Origin: Octopus vulgaris
Taxonomy: Eukaryota
DNA: 64,000 nucleotides
Reading direction: 5' to 3'
Assembly: GCA_951406725.2 (NCBI GenBank)
Contig: OX597816.1
Span: forward strand, 135,718,001-135,782,000
Position numbers and translations under genes: made by a program
In this document: in pieces, positions 28,990 through 40,833 of the stretch
Layout: every line of letters starts with the position of its first letter
How positions within the stretch are numbered: position 1 is the stretch's first letter
Notes under the pieces: generated by a model
Databases searched by the model: none
Told to the model about the DNA's origin: nothing
Seen by the model: the letters and a program-made list of their open reading frames with translations, nothing else

Positions 28990-29640
28990 ATGCAGTTGCT
29001 TTAATTTGAGAGAGAAAAGGTGTGCTGTAACTTTCTGTACTTAATTGAATCGCATCTCTTTTTGTAACATTCATGACCCCATTCATCAGTTTGATACCTC
29101 TACAATTTCCTCTCTGTAAAGCATCTCCTCTATCCTTGTTACTGTTGACTATGATGCTACACCAGTTATTAGGTACACACCAGTGGTTAGGTACAACCCC
29201 TTTCTGTGCAACCTGATTGGCTATATTGGTAACTAGGCTGTATCCTCACTGCCAGACATTTTAAGCATCTCTACCTAATTTCAGATGGTCCAAGGGCTTT
29301 TTCTGTCATCATATCCTTAAATGCTTTCTCTATCATACTGTTATTAACTAGGATAGCTGGTCCCTCTGTTGAGTCCACATTAGGAATAACCACTTTCTCC
29401 AAGGCATTCTCTACATTTAATAGCCTTTCAGAGTAGCACTTCCATACCTCTTTCTTTTTAGAATCAGTAATTGCAAGTGTACCATTATCCATTTTTACAA
29501 ACTTCTCACCCACATTTCAATTCTCTCTGATATACTCTCTTGTAGTCTGGAACATTCTCATACCTCAGATTCTCATGATGTAGAACATGAGCAAATCTCT
29601 TTCTTTCTGCTCCTGCCCTTGCCAAGTAAATCCACTGCTT
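28990..29640 (-). mobile_element. RTE LINE fragment (pre-RT/RT start)
   Basis: KKEVWKCYSERLLNVENA...KALGPSEI. Confidence 0.75.
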
Positions 29641-29649
29641 GATCATGTG

Positions 29650-32600
29650 TGACTGGCGCTATTTGGATACACTTAACAGTGTCATTGATGATTAATAAAC
29701 TTCCACTTAATGGCTCAAATATGACTGAGGCTTCACTGAGATGCTTTTGGCTACAGCAAGAATGAAAAAGCTTTTAGACACGAATGAAAAGAAACAAATG
29801 AGATTTGTTTTTATCAAAAACAAGTATACTGTCAGAAAAGTTTCTATAAGGATGAAATACATGAAACTTGAAGAAACTAATTTTAGTGCCATAAGATCAG
29901 TTCATCCCAAAAGAAAATTGATAATTGCTGAAATAGTCAGATTTTTATAATAACATCAAAATTTGAATTAGTTTAAAGTCATTATCAGAAATTGTTTTTT
30001 TTTTTATGAATTTGAAAAAAAAAAGATTGAAACTTATGCACTGCAGAAGTTATGATTCAAATGAGACTCAAAGATGGTATGTAGTCACCTGAGCATTAAA
30101 GTAAAGCATTAGAATGTCTTCATTCAGATGATTTGAAGATGAGTACATACTTTTAGATGATAAGGAAGGGGGAACAAAAAATAAAAACAAAGCAAGATTG
30201 ATACCTTGATATTACTGTCACATGTTGAAAGAAATGAGTATAAGTCTAATTCTAAATGTTGCTTTTGATAAATAATCAAAAATATATGAAGTGTAAAAAG
30301 AATCACTTTTCAGGCAGCATGTAAATCTACAAAGAACTTTGAGGAAATTTAAATTTAAAATGAGGATTCTGTAACTATTTATGACATCGCCTAAAAAATA
30401 CTATAATGATTAGTGAAACTCAATAATGTTAACAAAGTTACAAGTTGACACTGGCAATCAAGGAAATATAATATCAGAGACCTGGTCAGATTTGAAGAGA
30501 CTAAAATTAAGGTGGAGATCTCAAATGAAAACAATTTGATGGATCACTGAAATTTTGGGGAAGTTGGAAAGTGTCATTGTTGTTGAATGTAAGAAAAGCC
30601 ATTTTTGCTCAGTATAGATGAAATGAATGCTGATAATTTAACATTAATTCACAGGATTGAAATTCCATGATAATTTGGTAGATTAAGAAGGTTTTTATGC
30701 TAATTTTTCTTCTCAGAGGAAATATCAGGCCACGTTATTTTTGAAGAAAGATCATTGCCAGTTCACATGAAGCCATTAGGCCTAACAAAGCTGAGGAAAC
30801 TAATTAATGAAAGTCTTTTAGAAAATGTTCCTTCTGCAGGGAGTAAATGGACGTCTCTTTTCATGATCATGAGAAAAGTTAATTGAAATCTCAGAATATG
30901 AGGAGACTGTAAAGTAGGTACAAATGAAACATTTCATTCAGATTCTTCTCCAAATTCCCTCTCAACATTTCATTCTCTTTCTGGCATGAATTATTTTGCT
31001 TAGTTGTATTTGAAGGAACTTATAATCAGATAGAAATTTGTTCTGGTGTAAGAGAAGTTACACCAACAAATACACCAATAAATCATTTAGGAAAAGCATG
31101 ACTACTATATAGAATTAAAACAACCAGTGTTGTTTTTAGATTGAAAATATTATTTCCAATAATCATTGATAATCATTCATTAAAGTGAGGTGTGTTAAAA
31201 CTGTTGAAAGTCTACATATCAAGGTAAATAAGATCATAAAAAGGTTGGAAGTATCAGGTATAGTAATAAATTGAGCTTAATTTATGTATGAGATTGATGT
31301 AGTGTCTATTTTGGGACATTGACTATCAGAGGAAGGTATATCACCAGATTATTGTTTAGCAGTGAGAGTCATGTATATAAAATCATCAAAGAATAAGAAG
31401 CAATTCGAATCTTTTATTGGACTTGCCATTTTCGTGGGAAAAATATTAACTATTATTCAGATATTATATTATTTTGTAAACTTGGTGTTCCATTGTTTTT
31501 GATTATCCAACTGCAAAAGGCAGCATATAAAATTGATGGTCAGTATCGAAGCCAGTTGTTCAGATTTTTGATGTCACAAAAAACATTGCTTCAACTAATG
31601 CAAATGATAAGGCTGTACCAGGAATACTTTCACATGATGCTCATCCTGTATTATATTTGTCAAGTATAAACCACAGCTGAAACAAAACGGTCAGATATTG
31701 AAAGGAAGGCCATGGCAGCAATTGTAAGGTGTAGTCAGTGTACAGCATTTTCTGCTTGGCTTGAAATTCAAATTTGGTTTCAGATCATAAGCACCAGAAT
31801 TTATTTTTAGCAAAAATTATGGTTTACCAAAAGTCACACCTGCACATAAATTAAGATGAGCCTTACAAATGGATAGCATTTAATTATGAAATTAATTATG
31901 TAAGAGATCTGAAAAACCATAAGGTGAAAGTGACCATGATGATTTTTCTTCATTCATCTTGTATAAATTGATGCTATGAAATGTAAAAGTATAAAGTTGG
32001 AGATGGCCAGTGGTAGTATTTTATCTGGTGTATTAAAAATAATTTTTAATAATAATTGGAGCAACTGTTCTGTTGCTGAAAAGTCATTTGAGTAATTCAA
32101 AAGTAAGTTAATAGTTGAAGATGGTATCTTGTGTTATGTTGAATGAATTGTCCCCCTGATCTGTTTGACAACATTAATAATAAAATCTATGCATGATGTA
32201 CACTTTTGTTCAATGGCCACAAGGAATTGATTTAAATTAGAAGTTAGTTGCCAGGTTATTGTGAAGATATGAATAATATGTAAGAAAAAGCCCAAATGTA
32301 TACTAAAATAAAACAAGAGTTACTTCAAGCATGATTTAAAGAAAGTAAAAGTTTAGATATGTGTACATATAAATCATGCTTATTTCTAGAATCTAGGCCT
32401 GTTCCTATTATTCATTGATGCACATTTTGGGTGGCCAGAAGTATTAAGAGCGAAGAATTAAGACACAGAAATAGTTTTCTTGAAATAGGATTCCAGAAAT
32501 GTTAGTGTCTGATAATACCTGTGAATTTCATGATAATGGTTTATGTACATAGTTTAATAAGTTCAAATATAAAACTATAAAAATACCCCCATATCATCCA

Positions 32601-33000
32601 GAATCAAACAGAATTGCTGAAAGAATGGTTGTAAGTATTAAGACAGATTTAAGAGTATTTACCAAGTTCTGTTAATGCATTTTTGAGTTGCATGGTTTTG
32701 AGTTATCAGACAATCCCTCACTTAGGATGACTTCTTAGTTCATCTGCTTTAAGGGTACACAAATATGATTGTTAGTAACAGTGCCTGATAAAACTACATC
32801 TTCTGTTTGACATTGATGTAAAAGACCTGACAAACCACAAGCAGGCTGTGATTCTAAAAGGTTTATGAAGATCAAATAAACATTGACAGAAATATTAATG
32901 GTGAACATTTGCAGAATCACTCTTAATAAAGTGTGTGATCTGAAAACTGACACAGGAACAAACCCTGCAAATGTCATTAAAATGCAGTTCTCAAATAACA
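29650..33000 (+). mobile_element. Ty3/Gypsy LTR retrotransposon internal relic (gag-PR-RT-RH-IN)
   Basis: Ordered motifs: protease QVDTG (~30441), RT start SKWTSL...NLRI*GDCK, SILGH*LSEEGISPD, RNase H TNANDKAV...DIERKAMA...SDHK, integrase FIDAHFGWPEV, IPEMLVSDN, PPYHPESNRIAERMV; many stops and frameshifts. Confidence 0.85.
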
Positions 33001-33699
33001 AAAGGAATTATGATGATTTGTTTCCAGTAGATGTGATATTAAAATGCTTATATTGTGTGTGTTTTATATACTAATTAAGACTAAAGTGGCTATCAGTTCA
33101 ATGTTGAAATTTGGCCAGGCAGTTGGATAAAACTTGTTTGAACACATGACTACAGTGTTACTTAGATAAATTTAGTAAGATACTTATAATGACTAATATC
33201 ATTTGGTATTTTGTAATTAAATATACTTGCTGCAGTCTTCTTTAAATGAAAAAAAACAAACAAAACGTAAAAGTTACCTCAACTTTTGGACTCAAATTTA
33301 TGGCTGTGTAGTTAAAATTCTCTTTGCTGCCTTGTGGTTTTGAGTTTGGTTCAATTGCACAACCTTCTTGGGCCAGCCAATTCCTTGTGAGTGAATTTGG
33401 TAGACATAAACTGGGGAAGACTATCGTGTGTGTGTGTGTTTGTAGTGTTTGTTCCCCTCACCACTTGGCAACTAGTGTTGGTTTGTTAATATACCTACCT
33501 GTAACTTATTGGTTTAGCTGAAGAGACCCTTAATAGCATTCTATTTTAGCCTAGTTTTCAATCCTTTTAATATTTTGGTGTTTGATTAAGTTAGTTGAAC
33601 AAATAACATGTAGTTTTCTCTTGGAAGAATGATTAGCTTTATGGCATTGTTTTAGTGAAGTTTCATGATGATGATCATAATTTTGTCTGAAGTTGTCTT

Positions 33700-34100
33700 G
33701 TTAAGTGGCACAAACCCAACTATCTCATCTAAGCAAATTTTCTGGCACAGAACTAATTTTCTTCCTAATTAGTTGTACTGTAATTCTTTCTGCTACTTTC
33801 ATGACTTGGTCCATTAGTTTGGCATCTGCTTCTCTTCTGGTTCCCCTTGATAAAAATATCTGCTGTCTGCCTTCTCTTTTAGCTACCTGATATTGTTCCT
33901 TTCTCATTACTTTCTGCTATTCTTTTGAGGCCTTTGTCTTAGCTTTTATGGCTCTAACTACAGTACCATCTCACTACTGCATCCTCTTCTTTTTGGCTGG
34001 AACTTTACTCCATCCATAGTTCTGGCCTGTGGTATATTAAATTTCATAGTACTTTGGAGATGGTTGATGTAAATATCAGTTAAAATATGTTGCTATTGTT
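33700..34100 (-). mobile_element. RTE LINE internally deleted fragment
   Basis: YQVAKREGRQQIF fused to KLMDQVMKVAERI. Confidence 0.65.
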
Positions 34101-34114
34101 CTTTTGGTACACTA

Positions 34115-34335
34115 AGGCGGCATGCTGGCAGAGTCATTAGCATGCTGGGCAAAATGCTTAGTGGCATTTTATCTGTCTTTATGTTCTGAGTTCAGATGCC
34201 ACCAAGGTCAACTTTGTCTTTCATCCTTTCAGGGTCGATGAAATGTGCACGTTGAACACTGCAGTCAGTCAATATAATCAACTAACCCTCTTCAGCAAAA
34301 TTTCAGGCCTTATACTTATAGTAGAAAAGATTATT
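34115..34335 (+). mobile_element. SINE family B
   Basis: GGCGGCATGCTGGCAG...TTTCATCCTTTCAGGGTCGATG. Confidence 0.8.
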
Positions 34336-34380
34336 TTGGTACCCCATTATTTTGAGTTAAGATCTTGATCGTATTAAGGT

Positions 34381-34447
34381 GGCTAGTGAGCCAGTTTTGT
34401 GAATTTGAATCTTGTTGATTCAAATTCACAAAGCTGACTCACTAGTC
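34381..34447 (+). other. 31-bp near-perfect hairpin, 5-nt loop
   Basis: Arms 34381-34411 / 34417-34447; as sense RNA 28 Watson-Crick pairs, 2 G-U and 1 C-A mismatch. Confidence 0.85.
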
Positions 34448-37400
34448 CTGTGTTGTCTCTTTTGCGAAACAAAATATTTGACTTGCTTTCAGTAACTGGG
34501 AAAATATGCTACACCCACCTTACAGTTGACTGATTAGTATTGATTTATAAATAATATTTTATGTCAGTAACATACAGTCTGGCCCATATTAGCAGAGACA
34601 AGATTGATACTATATGATAATGTATGATTCTTCAATGTGTGTTAATAGAAAGCAAAGTTTTAAGGGGGGGAAGAAATGTTTTTTTGAAGTTGTATTACAT
34701 TGTTTGTTATTCAAAAAATAAGAGTAATCACAGACAATTTTTAACAGAATTAAATTTAAGTACAGTGTCATGGATTTCATAGTTTGAATACTTTCTGCTG
34801 CATGTTTTTAATGTTGGGTATGTTAGTTTAAAGAGAAAGATTAGTCCAGTCCTTAGTGGAGACATGAGAAATACTATTATCTTTGAAATGCTTTTTTAGT
34901 ATTGTAAAGAAATACTGAAGCATAAACAGAAATCTCAAGTGGTGCATGCTAAAAGTGGCAGACAGCAGAAAAATAGGTGCAGCAATCTTGTAGAAGTTAG
35001 CATGACATTAAAGGGAGTAGAGGATTTTGTTAAAAGAGAATTAAAGAAAAAGTAGAGACTCCCGTTTTAAGATTCTTAGAAGTACAGTTTATCACATAAA
35101 TGATATTTTCTGATATATTGAATATTGGCAATTGAAGATAATGCACTGTCATAAATATGCTTCTCCAAGAAATATCTTTTAAAGCTGAAGAGGGAAAAAC
35201 ATTTTTTTCTTTGGTTATCTTGTCAATACATGGACATACAGTAAATGGATTTCTTGGGCTTTGAAGCTGTTCATTAAAACTGCACTTTTTATTTTTTTCC
35301 CTTATTCTTTCTGCTCCTAACATAAATACAGTATGTAGTTTGCAGTTGTTAAAGTTTACTAATTTGCTAGATTCATGTATGAAGACTTCTCTTTAGTTAG
35401 AGAATATAGATACCTGGCAGGACATTTGAAGATTGGTAGTGGCAAATGTTTGCTGTAAAATTGCTACACCAACTCTGCCACATTTTTTTTTTTACTGAGC
35501 TACTAACTTGTTTTATTTTAAAGAACTATTAACATAATCAGTAAAGCTGAAAGTTTTGTCTTGACAGATGTATTCACCGTTTCCATGACATCATTGATAA
35601 ACTGTGGAAGCTGTTCTGACAATAGATTCTAATCTTTTGTAACAGATTGTGATAGATAATTAGTTATCAGTAAGTCTTCATTTGTTTCTTGATTAATCAC
35701 TCCTTTCTTAAACAATAAAGCAAAGATATGTTTAAAACTATTATAGATAAGCCAAGTTATATATCTTAAAATTCAGATGTTTCATGCTAACTGTTCACAT
35801 GCACCAGTTTCATATCAAATTAATTTCTTACTAAATTATAGAAAAATTAAGGGAATATGTCAAAAGAAAGGATGAACTACTTGTTTATGTCAAAAGAGAT
35901 TTTATCTTTTTGATGTTAAATTTTAAATATTTTTACTATGTTTCACTGGGTTTTATTGCTATGAATTAAAAACAAATTTGAATTTTAGGTTACAGCATAT
36001 TGGTTAATATGAATGATGTTATGTACTTCAAAACTTAGTGAACTTCTACAAAATTTGTGATCAACATATGTAAACTGATCAAATCAGAATCTTGATTCTG
36101 TAAAGATTGTGAAAATGAAAAATAAAAATAGGTTTAAGTGACCATCATAACCATCATTATTTCACATCTGTTTTCCATGCTGATATGAGTTGAAGGGGGT
36201 CATCACAATCAAAGTCAATTCCCATTTGAAGTTATTGTCCTCTTATTGGTCAGGAACCCTACATCACTCATACATATCATTTTTGGCATGGTTTCTGTGG
36301 CTGAATACTCTTTTTAACATCAACTACATGGCACCATCATGAATGAGGTTGCCTGGTCCCTGCCTAGACTAAAGATTCCTTTCTATCATACGTTGTCTCT
36401 TCTCATTCAAGGATACATGACTTAGTGAATAGAAAAGCAGTGAAAAAGAGATCCAAGATGAGACGATGGTAATATAAGAGGATATGATGGCAGAAACAGT
36501 GATTGGAGTGAAGTAATGGTAGGGGAGAGACTAAAGGAAAAAAAAGTGAGTGAGATGACTTACAATGAAGATCCAATGCCATCTCTTGTTGTGCAATAGT
36601 AAGAGAAAAGGTAATAGATGAGACTGTAACAAAGACATAGGTAGAGCAATAGATGAAGGCTGAACATGCTAGAGACGTAAATGTAGATATTATGTATCTC
36701 AACTTCACTACCTTTATTACATCTGTTTTACTGTGCTTGCATGGGTTAGGTGAGTTTTACTCCATAATAGCATATTACCACTTATGGTTTCTTGTTGTCT
36801 CTTTAGTGAGTCTCAGCCACCTTTACCATTTTGTTCCCTCTTCATGAATTTCAACCATTCTGAATACTCAACACTTTTTTATACAACTGACATCCTCCAT
36901 ACACATGACATGTCTGTACCAACACAGTCTACTCACTTGTATACTACTTTTGCATCTTCTTATATCCAACTTTACACCCTAACATTCATTGTACATCCAT
37001 CAGATCATACTTACCTCATTTCTTTCTAGCCTTCACAAATCATGTGTATTCAAAGACCATGTCTCACTACCATGCAGCATCCTGCCTCATACACAAGCAT
37101 CATACAATCTGTTTTTCACTTTGTGGTGGAAACTCTTTATTGATGCAGAGATAATAACTCTCTGAATATCTTCCATTTTGTTCTTACTCTAGTTACTTTG
37201 CTTTCACCTCCATTGCTAATTAGGCTAATTAACACACACAGACACACTTCCATAGCTAATTAGGTGACCTGAATAAAGAAAGCTATCAACTATTTCTTGA
37301 GAGCCTTCTGGGCATTTGAAAGAATCTATTTCACATGTACTCTTGCTATTGGCTGATCTAGTGCATCAGTTGCATACAAACCTAATTTCTCTTTCAGCCT

Positions 37401-37451
37401 GCTTGTGATCCCACAATACTTTGTCTGACCATAGTTTATACTGGGCATACT

Positions 37452-37796
37452 GGAGGCGCATGGCTCAGTGGTTAGAGCGTCGAGCTTACGATCGTGAGGT
37501 TGTGAGCTCGAATCCCGGACCGGGCTGCGTGTTGTGTTCTTGAGCAAGACACTTTATTTCACGTTGCTCCAGTTCACTCAGCTGTAGAAATGAGTTGCGA
37601 CGTCACAGGTGCCAAGCTGTATCGACCTTTGTCTTTCCCTTGGATAACACTGGTGGCGTGGAGAGGGGAGGCCGGTATGCATGGGCGACTACTGGTCTTC
37701 CATAAAACAACCTTGCCCAGACTTGTGCCTCAGAGGGTAACTCTCTAGGTGCAAACCCATGGTCACTCATGACCGAAGGGGGTCTTTACCCTTTAC
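37452..37796 (+). mobile_element. Young tRNA-derived SINE family E
   Basis: A-box TGGCTCAGTGG (37461), B-box GCTCGAATCCC, CORE-like CTTGAGCAAGACACTT, (CTTTAC) tail, CpG-rich. Confidence 0.9.
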
Positions 37797-38037
37797 TGTA
37801 TGGAATTCCTACCCACATCCTTTCTAAATATCAAGCAGAGCTGTTTTCTTGATGGCAATAGTATCCTGCTTTCTTTGCTTCATATTAAAACTTTCTTTTT
37901 CATATACATTGAGGCCTCTTGATTTTAAGTTTTGCCTCTGTGTTGAAAACTTCTCTAAATCTTTAGATTCATCAATAAAAACTTCATCAGCATACTCCTA
38001 TGAGTAGTTGATCATAAATTCTTGTTCTGGCTTATAG

Positions 38038-38533
38038 CAGGGGTCACCAAACTATGGCCCACGGGCTGGATCCGGCCTGCGAGGTCAGTTCACCCGGCCT
38101 GCCGCCACACTGTACCTTTTGTGTAAGTACCTGCAATGAGTATGGCATCAGTATCTGGAACAAATTATGTCTGTGAGCAAACATTTTCAATAATGAAGTA
38201 TATGAAGTCAGCACATTGAATGAAGTTGACCGATGAACATTTGAAAGCAATTCTCTTGGTTGGATGCAGCAATTTCAAAGCAAATATTGATGACATCTTC
38301 AAAGCTAAACACCAATTTCACAAATCTTACTAACCTTTTTTGCTTCTTAGTTTGTGAGATTCAGATATGTGCACACTGGGTGTGAATCTTATTGCTAACG
38401 TTGCCTTCTTTGATAACTTTTTGGTAAATAAATAAGTTTGTTGTCTTTATTTTTTTGTGTATTCACTATATTATATTGAACAAAATGGTTATGTGACCCA
38501 ACCTCGCCATTCTCTCAGTTATCTGGCCCCCTG
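38038..38533 (+). mobile_element. Non-autonomous hAT (Buster/Charlie-type) element
   Basis: CAGGGG...CCCCTG termini; 8-bp TSD GCTTATAG/ATTTATAG (central TA); carries the dimerization-domain tail GTNYVCEQTFSIMKY...LTDEHL. Confidence 0.85.
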
Positions 38534-40420
38534 ATTTATAGGACTAAATAAACAGGAAGCACTTGAGAACTGATTCCTTTTAGACACTTAAGTGCATGCT
38601 AAATTAACTCATTAATTTTCTCTCTACTGAGAGTATCTCTCTACATAGCTTGCATAACTCTTATAAACCATCCAACTACTCCTAATTTCCCTTGTGACTA
38701 CCAAATAACTGAGTGTAGAACTCCATCAAATGCTGTTTTCAAGCTGATGAATATCAGGTAGGGTGGTTTACTCCTAATTAAGCACTCCTCTTGTAGTTAT
38801 CTTTCTAGAAGAGAGCATTTGTAGCACCTCTTTTTCAGCACAAAGCTGAACTGCATCTCTTCTCGACTAATTCTCTTCTGAATCAGGTGTGCTATCACTC
38901 TTTCAGTAACTTTCATAATCTGGTCCATCAGTGTGAGGTCTTTGTAGTTACCACTCTCTCTTTTGTGGATATCCTTTGCCCTTGAAGCAATTGCCGATGT
39001 ATTACCTGATTGACTACATGAGTAACTGGCTTGTGGCCTACTATGTCAAATGTTTTCACCATCTCAACCACTATACTTGATAGTCTAACTGTCTTCCCAG
39101 TCATGCTTTTGACATATAATACATACGCACACATGAGCAGGGTATGTGTTAGTGTTGATAACTGATACAACTCAGTAGTCAGACAGATATGTAAAAATCC
39201 TAAAATTTATTTCACTCCTTTGATATTTGCAAAATATGTGATCAGTAAAGTACTGGGTGGCAGATTTGGTAAATTACTAAGAAAATGCCATATGATATAT
39301 GACATACAATTATATTTGTCATTTTACATTCTGAGTTCAAATCTGATCAGAGTTTAAAGAGTTCTAAAAACAATAGATTCATTGTAAATAGATAGGCTCT
39401 ATTATTTATATAAAGTAGCCATAGTGAAATTATTGTAAATGAAAATACTTACTAAAGAAGATTGTCAAATAAAAATGTTAATCCCCATTTGCAACTTTCT
39501 GCAGAAAAAGAAGAGCAGAGAAGAACACATAGCTTTTAAATGGTAGAGTTATAGTTACTATTGAACATCCCTTATAGCTAAAGGTTATGAGAGATAATTT
39601 CTATTATATAAATGGCTTAACCATTCTCAACAGAACCAGTGATATTGTAATAAGAGATGATTTCTATTTCTGTTGTAATCTAGATATAGCAATATAGTAT
39701 GGAAGAACTCAGTCTAAAGAGATGTGAGGTATTTCAGCTAGATCTATAATGTTAATTGAAAGAGAGCTTGAGTGCGTGTGAGAAAAGTATTTGATGATAG
39801 AAATCTTAGTTCAATTATATGAGAACAATCTATGATCTACCAAAAAGGACTTGGGCATATAGTTAATGGTTCCTTGTTTAAGAAGAATGGTAATTCAGTG
39901 TAAGAAGGAAGATGTTGGGTTTAGAGAGAAATAGTCTACATCAAAAACTTACAGTTGAAAGCAACACTGCATACACATGAAAACAATAATTATGTTGGTG
40001 AAGCTAGTATTAACTAAAAATAATTATGCAGTGAGGAAAAAATATTAGTTAATGGCTGATACTATTTTGAAGTACATGTTTTGGTCATACTTATACGTCA
40101 TCAATACAGTATTAGTTTCCACCATGCTTGCCGAAGTAATGATGAAAGCTTTACTAAGTAACTGTACAAGGTTGTACATTGGTTGGTGTAGGAAAATAGT
40201 TACTCTACGTTACATTGCTATATATTTGCCAACCAATGTTGATCCTAACAGATTTGAGCTCAGAATGTAAGAGGACACACACAATTATATAACATACAGT
40301 ATTTTATTAGTAATTTACAAAATCTGCCATCCAGTACTTTAAGATAGTTATGATTTTGTATATTGATACATGGCCACACATTTGAGAGAGAGATGCATCT
40401 AATTGAGCTCAAGCACATTA

Positions 40421-40615
40421 TCTTTTATCATTTACTTGTTTCAGTCATTGATCTGCAGCTATGCTGGGGCACTACCTTGAACAAATTGCCCAATACTTAT
40501 TTAAAAGCTTAGTGGTTATTCTGTCAATCTCTTTTGCTGAACTGCTAAGTTAGCAGAGAAACCAACACTGGTTCTCAAGCAGTGGTGGTGTTGTCTGGCA
40601 AGCACAAAGACACAA

Positions 40616-40665
<50 letters not shown>

Positions 40666-40833
40666 ATGTATGTATACACTCTCACATATGGGCTTCTTTC
40701 AGTTTCCATCTATGAAATCCTCTCACAAGACTTTGGTTGGCTCAGGATTATAATTAAAGAAGGCCTAAGGTGCCATGCAGTAGAACTGAACCTAAAATGT
40801 GGTTAGGAAGCACCACACATCTATGCTTGTGCC
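40421..40833 (-). mobile_element. SINE family A, diverged
   Basis: Reverse of the family A consensus. Confidence 0.8.

Larger units (their letters stand above)
36830..39170 (-). mobile_element. RTE LINE RT-domain relic hosting later insertions
   Basis: Minus LMDQIMKVTERVIAHLI...EMQFSFV...LKTAFDGV motifs; interrupted by a SINE and a hAT element. Confidence 0.75.

Noticed and set aside
37452-37525. tRNA-like sequences (also 13807, 44170-44252)
   Set aside because: SINE heads followed by SINE bodies; no proper acceptor stem.
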